A stretch of DNA of 64,000 bases from the human T2T-CHM13v2.0 reference genome, Homo sapiens, in assembly GCF_009914755.1 (NCBI RefSeq), contig NC_060929.1. One strand, written 5' to 3'. The first letter of the stretch is position 1; each line of letters begins with the position of its first letter. This document shows positions 1 to 11,770 of this stretch, piece after piece. The notes below the pieces were generated by a model. That model ran no database searches, was not told the DNA's origin, and was given only the letters and a program-made list of their open reading frames with translations. The position numbers were made by a program, and so were the translations under genes.

Positions 1-393
1 CATGTTGCACTGTGGGCCACGGACCCTGAGAGCACCCTGCATGTGCCTCTGTTTATCATTGCTGCCTGTCTTTGATTCATAAATCTGTTTTCCCTGACTT
101 CCTGTGCAAATGTTTTGTGTCACTGGACTAGATCTAAGAATGTTTGCAACTGGTTTCATATTTTGTGTGCTGTTCTCCTTGTGATGCTTATCATGCAGAA
201 AGAGTGTAAGTGCTATACAGGACATTAGGGGACTGAGGTTCCTCACCCACCTGCAAAATCACATTCTAAACCAATTGGTACTACAGTATTTTAATGGGAG
301 TATGCCTGTTCCCTAGATGGCCCAGGGTTTTCTCTTTCAGGAAGGCAAATGCAATAAAGTCAGTGTGTCTTTTAAAGTACACATGTAAAGTTC

Positions 394-548
394 TTTTTTT
401 TTGAGACAGGGTCATGCTCTGTCACCCAGTCTGGAGTGAAGTGGTATGATCATCGTTCATTGCAACCTTGAACTCCTGGACTCAAGCAATCCTCCTGCCT
501 TGACTCCCAAAGTGCTGGGATTACAGACAGGAAGCACTGCACCCAGCC
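394..548 (-). mobile_element. Monomeric Alu (FRAM-like, or AluJ left/right-arm recombinant)
   Basis: Poly-T, then gagacagggtc...ggagtgaagtgg...ctcccaaagtgctgggattacag...cccagcc, only ~155 bp long. Candidate TSD catgtaaagttc (382-393) / catgtgaagtac (549-560). Confidence 0.85.
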
Positions 549-856
549 CATGTGAAGTACTAAACAACAAATTTCCAACCAAATATTTATACCACATCTA
601 AAACATACTGATTATAACATTAACCTGTGCCCATCAGGAAGGTCTCACTACCCTATCTCCATCAAAAGTTTCTTACAAACAATGGGAAAGTATGTTTATG
701 GCATAATGAATACAAAGGTATTAATGCCTGATAAAAACAGCCACTACATATACTACAGCAATTCAAGTCACACATTCTAGAAGTTTAACATTTAAATCAT
801 GAAGAGATATTAATGTTTTACTATTCTGGACAAACACAGAAACCTCTTTATAAATT

Positions 857-1256
857 TTCTTTTTTTATTATTATTATACTTTAAGTTCTAGGTTCCATGT
901 GCACAACTTGCAGGTTTGTTACATATGTATACATGTGTCATGTTGGTTTGCTGCACCCATTAACTCATCATTTACATTAGGTATTTCTCCTAATGCTATC
1001 CCTCCCCCATGCCCCCACCCCATGACAGGCCCCAGTGTGTGATGTTCCCCGCCCTGTATCCAAGTGTTCTCATTGTTCACTTCCCACCTATGAGTGAGAA
1101 CATGTGGTGTTTGGTTTTCTGTCCCCGTGACAGTTTGCTCAGAATGTTGGTTTCCAGCTTCATCTATGTCCCTACAAAGGACATGAACTCATCCTCATCC
1201 TTTTTTATGGCTGCATAGTATTCCATGGTGTATATGTGCTGCATTTTCTTAATCCA
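857..1256 (-). mobile_element. 5'-truncated L1PA 3' end (L1PA5-7-like)
   Basis: ttattattatactttaagttctagg...tgtgcacaac...gctgcacccattaactc... is the antisense L1PA 3'UTR. The minus ORF ends WIKKMQHIYTMEYYAAIKKDE, which is the L1 ORF2 C-terminus. Confidence 0.95.
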
Positions 1257-1257
1257 T

Positions 1258-1428
1258 GCCTGTGAATGCTCTGACAACAAGAGTCCTGCAGTGGGGCTTG
1301 GGAGTGGGGAAGATGGGGTGAACTCACTCTGGCAATAGTGGCATGGCAGTGTGCACAGGCACATGCAGGCTGCCTGGGAAGGCAAGGCTATGTCCACCAC
1401 ACACACAATGCTGACAAAACAATGTGGT
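1258..1428 (-). mobile_element. Probable antisense fragment of an older L1 5'UTR (L1PA13-16-like)
   Basis: G-rich segment ggcatggcagtgtgcacaggcacatgc...ccacacacacaatgctgacaaaacaatgtgg resembles remembered antisense L1PA13-era 5'UTR repeats. It abuts a sense L1 ORF2. Confidence 0.5.
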
Positions 1429-4113
1429 GAGGAAGAAATGGATACTTTTCTGGACACATAACCCAAGACTAAACCAGGAAGAAATTAAATATCTGAACAG
1501 ACCAATAACAAACTCCAAACTTGAATCAGTAATAAACAGTCTACCATTCAAAAAAGCTCAGGAACATTTGGATTCACAGCCAAATTCTAACAGATGTACA
1601 AAGAAGAGCTGGTACTATTCCTGTTGAAAATATTTCAAAAAATTGAGGAGGAGGGACTCTTTCCTAACTCATTCTATGAGGCCAGCATCATCCTGATACC
1701 AAAACCTACAGGGACATAACAAAAAAGAAAATTTCAGGCCAATACCCTTAGTGAACATTGAGACAAAAATCCTCAAGAAAATACTGGCAAACCAAATCAA
1801 GCAGCACTTCAAAAAACTAATACACCATGATAAGTAGGCTTTATCTCTGGGATGTAAGGTTGGTTTAATATACACAGGATTCAACATATAAACAGAACTA
1901 AGGATAAAAACCACATGATTATCTCAATAAATGCAGAAAAGGCTTTTAATAAAATTCAACATCCCTTCATGTGAAAAACTCTCAACAAACTAGGTATTGA
2001 AAGAACATACCTCAAAATAATGAAAGCCATCTGTGACAAACCCACAGTCAACATCATAATGAATGGGCAAAAGCTGAAAGCATTCCTCTTGAAAACCAGC
2101 ACAAGACAAGAATGCCCTCTCGAACCACTCCTATTCAAATACAGTATTGGAAGTCCTGGCCATAGCAATCAGGCAAGAAAAGGAAATAAAGGGCATCCAA
2201 ATAGGAAGAGAGGAAGTCAAACTATCTCTGTTTACAAATGACATGATCCTATATCTAGAAAATCCCATTGTCTCAGCCCAAAACCTCCTTAGGCTGATAA
2301 ACAACTTCAGCAAAGTCTCAAGATACAAAATTGTATACAAAAATTAGTAGCATCCTTATACACTAAACAGCACCCAACGCAAAAGTCAAGTCAGGAATAC
2401 AATCCCATTCAAAATTGCCTAAAAATATAAAATACCTAGGAATACAGCTACCCAGGAAAGTGAAACATCTTTACAACAAGAATTACAAAACACTACTCAA
2501 AGAAATCAGAGATGACACAAACAAATGGGAAAATTATCCCACACTCATAGATAGGAAGAACCAATATCCTTAAAATGGCCATACTGACCAAAGCAGTTTA
2601 CAGATTCAGTGCTATTTTTATCAAACTACAAATAACATTCTTCACATTTAAAAATTCATATGGAACTATTTAACTAACTCATATTTAACTTAATTCATAT
2701 GGAACTATTTAAAAATTCATATGGAAACAAAAAAGAGCCCAAATAGCCAATGCAGTCTTAAGCAGAAAGAATAAAGCAGGAAACATCATGCTACCTGACT
2801 TTAAACTATACTATAGGACTACAGTAACCAAAACAGCATGGTACTGGTACATAAACAGACATATAAAACCATGGAACAAATACATCACCCAGAAACAAGG
2901 CCACACACCTACAACCATCTGATCTTTTACAAAGCTGACAAAAACAAGCAATGGGGAAATGACTCCCTATTCAATAAATGGTGCTGGGATAACTGGCTAG
3001 CCATATCCAGAAGATTAAAACCGGACCCCTTCCTTAGACCATATTAAAAATCAACTCAAGATGGATTAAAGACTTAAACATAAAACCCAAAACTATAATA
3101 ACCCTGAGAGAAAACCTAGGCAATACCAGAGAGGACATAGGCACGGGCAAAGATTTCATGTTGAAGATGCCAAAGTAATCACAACAAAAACAAAATTTGA
3201 CAAATGAGGTCTAATTAATGTAAAGAGCTTCTGCACAACAACGGAAATGATCAACAGAGTAAACAGACAACCTGCAGAGCAGGAGAAGATTTTTGCAAAC
3301 TATGCCTCTGACAAAGGTCTAATATTCAGCCTCTACAAGGAACTGAAATTTATAAGAAAAAAAAAACAAATAAGCCCATTAAAAAGTGGGCAAAGTTTAT
3401 GAACAGACACTTTTCAAAAGAAGACATATATGCAGCCAACAATCATGTGAAAAACAGATGCTGGTGAGGTTTCAGAGAAAAGGAAATGCTTGTACACTGT
3501 TGATGGGAGGGTCAATTACTTCAATCATTGTGGGAAGCAGTGTGGCAATTCCTCAAAGAACTAAAAACAGAAGTACCATTCAACCCAGCAATCCCATTAC
3601 TTAGTATATACCCAAAGGAATATAAATTTTTCGGTCATAAAGACACATGCATGTGTATGTTCATTACAGTACTACTTGCAATAGCAAAGACATAGGACCC
3701 ACTTAAATGCCCATTAGTGGAAGACTGGATAAAGAAAATGTGGTACATGTGCATCATGGAATACTATGCAGCCATAAAAACGAAAAATATAATGTTCTTT
3801 GCAGGAATGTGGATGGAGCTGGAGGCCAATATTCTTAGAAAACTAACACAGGAAGAGAAAAACAAATACCAAATATTTTCATTTATAAGTGGGAGTTAAA
3901 TGATAAGAACACATGAACACAAAGAGGGGAAGAGGAGACATTGGGGCCTACCAGAGAGTAGAGTTTGGGAGGAGGGAGAGGAACAGAAAAAATAACTATT
4001 GGATACTAGGCTTAGTACTTGGGTGACGAAATATTCTGCACATCAAACCCCTGTGAAATGAGTTTACACATCAGCACATGTACCCCTGAACCTAAAATGA
4101 AAGTTTAAAAAAA
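1429..4113 (+). mobile_element. Degenerate L1 ORF2 (RT to C-terminus) plus 3'UTR, L1PA13-16-like
   Basis: Frameshifted ORF2 pieces: [74 protein letters not shown]. The 3'UTR ends cacatgtacccctgaacctaaaatgaaagttt followed by an A tail. Confidence 0.95.
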
Positions 4114-4703
4114 GTGTCTTTTTGGGGAGAAGCACATAGGGCTTCTTTCTTTTCAAATGGATGATTCTTGTGCTCCTACAGTTATTTTTAAATACTGCAT
4201 ATTTCCTGTAATTTTTTGTGTGCAATTTTGATATATAATAAAACAAATATCAGAAGGAGATAAAGAATTTTTGTTTTAAATATTAAGTGTATTTAATAAA
4301 ACATTTTGAGGCTTGACAAAATTTGGCAAAATTAATCTTCTTAAAGAAAAGAAAAAAAAAACAATGTAGAAGAATAATACTGAAAGGAAAGTGTTTTAAA
4401 GGAATACGGATATTTGTGAGGGAGTTCTGGGCATTGGTGAGGATAGTGTTGGATCACAAAAGATCAACTTGGTCTATTTCACAGTTTTTCTAAGATTTCT
4501 TTTCATTCAATATGAATTTTTTTTTTCCTAACAGGACATTTAAACTGCAGAGGCAATTATTTCCATTTATTAACTGTAGTGATGTCATTCTTTTGGCAAG
4601 TGTATTTGGTAGCTTGAGTTAAATTTATAAACAACTAAAAGAAATTACTGAAAGATTATTAACACATATAGAAGGCTGATTACATACCAGGAAGTGGCTA
4701 AAG

Positions 4704-4868
4704 CAGTGCTTCTAAAACTGTACTATGCATTGAAATCACTTGGAGATTTTTGCCAAAATTCAGATTTTGATTCAGTGGATCTGATGTGGGGCCCTTAATT
4801 CTGTGTGTCTAATAGGTCCCAATGTGATGACTATGTGGCATGTCTGTGCACAGCATGTTAAATAACAA
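4704..4868. mobile_element. MER5-family (hAT-Charlie) MITE remnant
   Basis: cagtgcttctaaaact...aatcacttggagattt...cagattttgattcagtggatctg...ggggccc...attctg. Confidence 0.7.
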
Positions 4869-5307
4869 ACATTCAAAGATGTTTCCTATATATGATATTT
4901 ACAATTTACAATAGTATAATAATGTGGGATTTTCAGAAACAGAGAAATTCAAACAAAAAGCATTTCCACTGCCATGCTTAAGGTAGAAACATAGGCAATG
5001 AGCATACATTTTAAACAATTTTGGATAGCTAACTTACAATTCCAGAGGGCATACTCCAATTTTTGGTACAAGGATTATGTCTCCTTCTTGGCTAATGTTC
5101 TGTTTTTAATGCCAGAAAACAGTGCTCTTTTAGAAAAGAAATTGTAAGTTGATTCTCAATTAGTGCTTAGACTTTAATATTTTTTTGGATAATATTCAGT
5201 ATCTGTTTTCTTTTTTAAAAGATGTGTTAAATTATTTTCAGAATCTCATGAAAAACATGATGTGGGTTTATTAATTTTCATTTACTGTACAGAATATGCA
5301 ACTTGAA

Positions 5308-5341
5308 AAATATCCTATTCTGCACACAGAATAGGATATTT
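5308..5341. repeat. Perfect inverted repeat, 15-bp arms and 4-nt loop
   Basis: aaatatcctattctg-caca-cagaataggatattt. Confidence 0.95.
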
Positions 5342-7018
5342 ATGTACTTTTATTATCAGATCTACTTTGAAGACATAAATGGTGTTTTTTGTCTCATCTT
5401 GTTTGATAGAATATAGATAATTCTGTTTAATCCAAGTTTTTATCTTTTGTCCTTGGGTAAGGTTGACAAATTGATTTTCACTTTTAGTTTATTTATTCTG
5501 TTAGAGAGATTTTTGAATCAGGAGTTTAAAGTCTCTGTCTGACAAGAAAAAGTCAACATCTGTTGAGTTGATTTAGTATTTATGTATTAGATTTTATGGC
5601 ACCTTTCCTCTGAAGAACAGAGAGCGTTCTACACATAGTTCCTTCACTTTTCAAATACCTTTCACAAGAAACATTTATAAACATCCTAACATGAAAAGTG
5701 ATAAAGAAGGAACCAAATGAGGAAATCAGGAAAGAAGAGCACCCCAGGGCAAATGATAATAGCTTCAAATAGGAGGTGTGCCTCATAAACTAAGTATTTA
5801 TCATCAGAGGCCACTGTGCTGCCAAAGCTCCCCCTCCCCCTGCAAATCTACTGCTAATCCATCTTGCCTGACTCCTGGATGTTTCTGTTCTTTGTGCCTA
5901 CCTCTTCTGTACTGTCAGCTTCTAAATATTCTGCTGATTAGGGCAATCAAGATATTTAATCTGGTAATGAGACCTCAGGCCTACCAAATGGTCCTTGCTC
6001 TTGACTGCTACAGATAATGGAATTTCTTAGAAGGTGAGTTTGTGGCGGGCAGGAAAGTAACGTTTTAAAGCCTGTTGTGTACTACTTCATCTATGACCAA
6101 AAGTAGTCACTACTGCATCTGCCCATTTTTAATCATTTAATTAAATAACAAAATAATTTATTTTAATTATTTAAAATAAGGTAAGATTGAACTTATTAGA
6201 AAGTTTTATGAAGACTATATAGAAATAGGAAAGCATACATTACATGTTTTATATTTCATTTACAGTTAAAGTCACCGCAAAAATTTGAAATTAAAAAATA
6301 TGTTTAAATTTTATCACATTGTATCTGTGATTTTATGTAATACCCAAATACTTTGTGTTTTTTGATATGAAAAAAGATAATCAGAATGTAATTTATTAAA
6401 TATCCCTTTCTGGAATTCTCTCTTTGTTAGGATGTATGTACATTTGATTTGATAGCTGAAGCAAAGGACTATAACTCCTTTGAATTTTTTTGGAAATTTG
6501 TAGTCTAAAATATTGTTATAAAAAGGACAAAATTAATATTTTCTTGAAAATAAAATAGAACCTTGCTGAGTTAATAGGTACATAATTTTAAGTTTCATAA
6601 TAAGATTTCATAAATCTATATTGAACTTCATAGATTTGATTAATGTTAACTCTGTATTCATTTTTTCTAAGAGAAAATAGAACTATAAAACACAAGACGG
6701 TGTTAGGCAAAAAGGAGGAAAATATGGAATGATGCTATATTTTAAAAGTGAAAGTTACTAAAGTAATTTAACATTCATTACTTTAAAAAATGTATATGAT
6801 GCTTAGAGGCTTCCTAGAGCCCCAAACAATACCCACAAACCATTTACATGAAAATTGATTGCTGGACTCAGTAAGGAAAAGAATAGCAAAGAATTTGACT
6901 ATATGATGGAAGATAAAATAAGGGTTGGGCTTTATTATTTTATTAATGAACAGAAATAAATATACATCTACTCTGACTTTCTAAGGTCATGACAATAGAA
7001 AGAAGTAGAGAAAAGGGA

Positions 7019-7142
7019 CCTCTCTCCTCCCTCCCTCCCTCCCTTTTCCCTTCCCTTCCCTTCCCTTCCCTTCCCTTCCCTTCTTTTCCCCCTTTCCCCT
7101 TTTCCCCCTTTCCCCCTTTCCCTCTTTCCTTCTTTACTTTTT
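7019..7142. repeat. Polypyrimidine (CCCT/CCCTT)n tract, probably derived from an Alu tail
   Basis: Near-pure C/T run contiguous with the poly-T end of the following minus-strand Alu. Confidence 0.9.
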
Positions 7143-7413
7143 GAAATGAGTCTTGCTCTGTCGCCCAGGCTGGAGTGCAGTGCCATGATCACGCTCACCA
7201 CAGCCTCAACCCCCTGGGCTCAGGTGGTTCTCCCTCCTCAGCCTCCTGAGTAGCTGGGACTACAGGCACACACCCAGCTAACTTTTGTATTTTCTGTAGA
7301 GTTGGGGTTTCACCATGTTGCCCTGGCTGGCCTGGAACTCCTGTGCTCAAGTGATCTTCCCGCCTTGGCCTCCCAAAGTGCTAGAATTACAGGTGTGAGC
7401 CACTGCACTGGCC
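7135..7413 (-). mobile_element. AluJ (Jb-like)
   Basis: Antisense dimeric Alu with J-type gatcacgctcaccacagcctcaac and gctcaagtgatc. Confidence 0.95.
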
Positions 7414-9620
7414 ATCTGTTCTTAGTTTTCTATGTTTGCTTCTGATGCAAATGTGTTTCCATGAAGCCACTATACAAATTATTTGTTCCCAGTATATTAC
7501 ACCTCTGTTGTATTGTTTGTGTCAAGGTGTATATCAAAATAGTGACTGAGATAAGCAGGTGTTAGAGATAAGCATGTTTCCAGGATAGAGTATTCATCTT
7601 CTTTCACGGTCTTTTTAAACTCAACATGGAAATAAGAACTTGGAATAATACTTATTGTTTCTAATCATCCTTGATGCAACATTTGGGTTTCAATACTTTT
7701 CCTGCGGATAACAATATATTTATTTGAGACAGATGTCTGATGAAACATTTCATAAGATGAATCTGCTTTCTCAATTGAAAAAGGCCACTCATACTAACTT
7801 AGTACTTTTCAATATATTTATTTATAACAATGTAGATGCTGGATTTTCACGTAGCTTAGTTAAATCATTTACTTATGCTTCAGGCTCTCCACTTGTTAAT
7901 GGGGAATAACAAGACCCTCTTTTTGCATCTTGATACTGTTAATGATCCTATCTATCTATCTATCCATCTATTTATCTATAATTTGTTGAGATTTACTTGG
8001 AAGATACATTTTTGTCTAGAGTGTCTAAGAACTTTCTTCTTGGGCACTTCTTAGAATGTCTAAGGACTCTCTTCAAAGACTGAACACAGTCATGTAGTGT
8101 AAAATATATGAATAGGAAATTAGAGTTCAGATGGTATGAAGAAACCAAGTAATGGGATTTGAGACCAAAAAAGTTGGTTGGAACAGGTTGGGGCAGGAGG
8201 TGGAGTTTAAGTACCTGGATAAACAGTTGATAACGCACTTTGGAGTGTTTGATGACTGTTGAGCATTGAAATGACATGGCGAAGGCAGTGCTTTAAATAA
8301 CTTTGATAAATGCATGGTAAATGCGTCCAACTAGTGCAGACCCCAGGCCAACTTGATAAGGACATGAAACAGAGTGATGCCATTTAGAATGAAAGAAAAG
8401 AATGCATGTGGCAGATATTTGAAAGAAAGTTTCTTACTATTTTTCTAATAGGAATTAGACACTGATAGGACATAAGGGAAAAAGATGTCTTTAAGGATTT
8501 TGCTTAAGGCATTAGGAAAATGAACAATAACAGGGAAGCCAAGACAGATGATGACTGGTTTTATAAAATGTTGAATTTGATTTGAGGCATGTTGATCAGA
8601 AGCCTTTAGGAGAGAGAAACTGACTAGATTTTGGATAAAATGAGTAGTGAGCTTTAATAAATAAAATGGAGTTTTTGAGAAGTAGTATAACATCAATTAA
8701 AATCCATCTGAGCGTATATAATTTGGCTGCATAGAACCAATTATTGCACATTTTTTCTCATAATAAAAGCAAAGTATGTTATTATAGAAAAATTTAAAAA
8801 ATGAGAAAATATATAAACAATTAGGGAAAAATGCACCTTTAAAATAACCACCCATAGCAACTTTTAATATTTTAACAAATTTATGTCACCTTTTAACATG
8901 TAATTTCATAGTTAATTCTATATTTTATATTAAACTTAGTATCTTTCTTGATTTTACATAAACTTTTTTCATGACATTAAAAATCTTAAAACATCATACA
9001 TTAATGACTACCTTTATTAAATTTCATAAAGAAAAGTTGTTAATGGTCAGCTTTGGAATCAGACAGCTTTGTTTAAATTTTTAAATCACTTTGAACTACT
9101 ATGAACACTGCATAAAGTAGCAGGGTCTGTTGTGATAAATTTTATAGCTTTATCTGAAATTATGTATTCCTCTTTTGCCTTTATTTTCATTTCTCCCTTA
9201 AGGACTCTGTTCACATTTATTCATCAATATTTCTTTACATTTTTTCGCTTCCTTCTTTTATTTTTTCCTTCCCTCCTTCTTAGTAAGGACTACATTTCCA
9301 ATTTGAGATTGGAAAGAGGAAAACTAAAAAAAAACCTAAAATAGGCTTGACTTCAGCATAAGCGTTACATCCTTTCCTCATTCCGAGCCTTTTTAGGCAC
9401 GAAAAGACCACTGAATGTGTCACTCATACACACCTCTTCACTCAGTCCACTCAGCTAGCCACTGAGTTACTGGCTTGGTGCTCTAGCTGCAGATAGTCTT
9501 CAGTAGGATGCTGCCTCTTTCTTTTCTGGAAATGAGAACCAAATAATCTGGGGGCATAGGTGGTGACATCCCACTTTTGTTTGACTCTTGCTCAGAACCT
9601 TTTGGCCCAGCTCAAATCTA

Positions 9621-10015
<395 letters not shown>

Positions 10016-11231
10016 TCACGTCCCATTTCTCTCCTAAATTGGGAAAACTTACAAGGAACTACAGTAAAGATCTATGAGAATAGTGCAAAAAGGGGAAAAC
10101 CAAAGAGTTCCTGAAAATTCCTATTCTCTTAAAAGTAGCAAACCAAAATGCTGTTACCCTCTACATGGTCCATTTCCCACATGGTTTTGGAAGTACAAAT
10201 TGGGTAAACACCAATTTTTAGCTATTACTATTTCTGCTATTTTAAAAATAATCTTGGAAGGGTAGTTTTTTGAAAGGAGAGAGAGTCATGACATCACAGG
10301 AAATTAGAAAGATTTTAGTTTAGAGCAAAATTTGTGACTGTTGATTAAAATGATAGAAAATATGGAATATCATGCTGCCTCAGGTTATATGAGGGAGGGA
10401 TAGGAGGATTATTTTTTGGCATTCCTGCCAACAATTTATGGAGTTAACTGACCAGTCACCTATTATATCCATAATTATGATGAGCTGCTGTGAAAATGTC
10501 ACAGGGTGAACCACAGCTTGCTTTGATGTTGTCTCCATGCCCATAAAAACTGTCTCTGTCACTTCCAATCTTTCTAAACAAGTTCCTGCAATGTCTCTAG
10601 GGTTGGTATAATGTTAGCTTCAAAATACATATTATATTTAAAGATGCATTCAGCACATTTTCCTCTACAGGAGTAAGCTTAAAACAAATTATTGTGTATC
10701 ATATACAGCTTTGGCATTTACGGTAATTCTCAGGCAAAGCTCAGGGTATAAGTATGTACTTTGTAAAATAATAGGGCTTAAATTCATTAAGTAAATCTGT
10801 TGCTACCCTTGGTGCTTCTTTCTTATCTTCATTGAAGTTATTTCTTTTGTTTCACATGAAATAGAGAAAAACTCTAAAACTTGAGAAATTTTAAAGTAAC
10901 ATTGTAATATTTATATTTTTAATTGTAAACATAGGTTTTCGATTTGAGCTTTAATCTTGAATCTTATAATACATGACCATAACAAATTTGCGTGAGTTTC
11001 AATGTTTCTGCTTTCCTACTAAAATAAGTGTTTTTATTTTACTTCACATGCAGGGTTCTGTTAAGTTTTATGTTAGAAGCTAATGTTAGTGGACTTTAGT
11101 TAAAACATTAGGGAAGTCAGAATTAATGAAATAACTATGCTATGGAAACAATACCATCTTCTTTTCCAGATACGGTTCAGGGAAGCTAGGCAACTTATGT
11201 AGATCACATAGCTAATAATTTGCACCAACAT

Positions 11232-11411
11232 TAACTTTTTCCAGAATTTTCAAACACTTTTAAAACTAGATAGCAGTATAATGAACACACATGTGCCATT
11301 GCCAAGCTTACAATAATTAACCCTTGACCAGTCTTATTTAATGAACACTTCTTCCTACTTTCCCTCTCCTTCTGTTTTATGTTGAAGCAAATATTCATAT
11401 TACTTACATCT
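11232..11411 (-). mobile_element. Old L1M (L1MC-like) 3' end fragment
   Basis: aattttcaaacac...gtataatgaacacacatgt...ttgaagcaaat resembles an antisense L1MC 3' terminus. Confidence 0.55.
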
Positions 11412-11770
11412 TGTATTAGTCCGTTTTCATACTGCGATGGAGAAATACCCAAGACTGGGTAATTTATAAAGAAAAAGTTTAATGGACTCACAGTTCCACA
11501 TGGCTGGGGAGGCCTCACAATCATGGCAGAAGGTGAAGGAGGAGCAAAGACATGTCTTACATGGTGGCAGGCAAAAGAGAGCCTGTGCAGGGGAACTGCC
11601 CTTTATAAAACTTTCAGACCTCGTGAGACTTACTATCACAAGACCATCACAGGAAAAACCCACCCTCATGATTCAGTTGCCTCCCAGCAGGTCCCTCCCA
11701 CAACACCTGGGGATTATTGGAGCTACAATTAAAGATGAAATTTGGGCGGGGCCACAGCCAAACCATATCA
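11412..11770 (-). mobile_element. THE1 (THE1C-like) solo LTR, ERVL-MaLR
   Basis: tgtattagtccgttttcatactgc...cacagccaaaccatatca termini, ~360 bp. 5-bp flanks catct/tgtct. Confidence 0.95.

Noticed and set aside
1424-3899. Reverse-transcriptase-like ORFs as a functional RT system
   Set aside because: They are short, frameshifted pieces of a dead L1 ORF2. The catalytic motif reads FTND instead of FADD.
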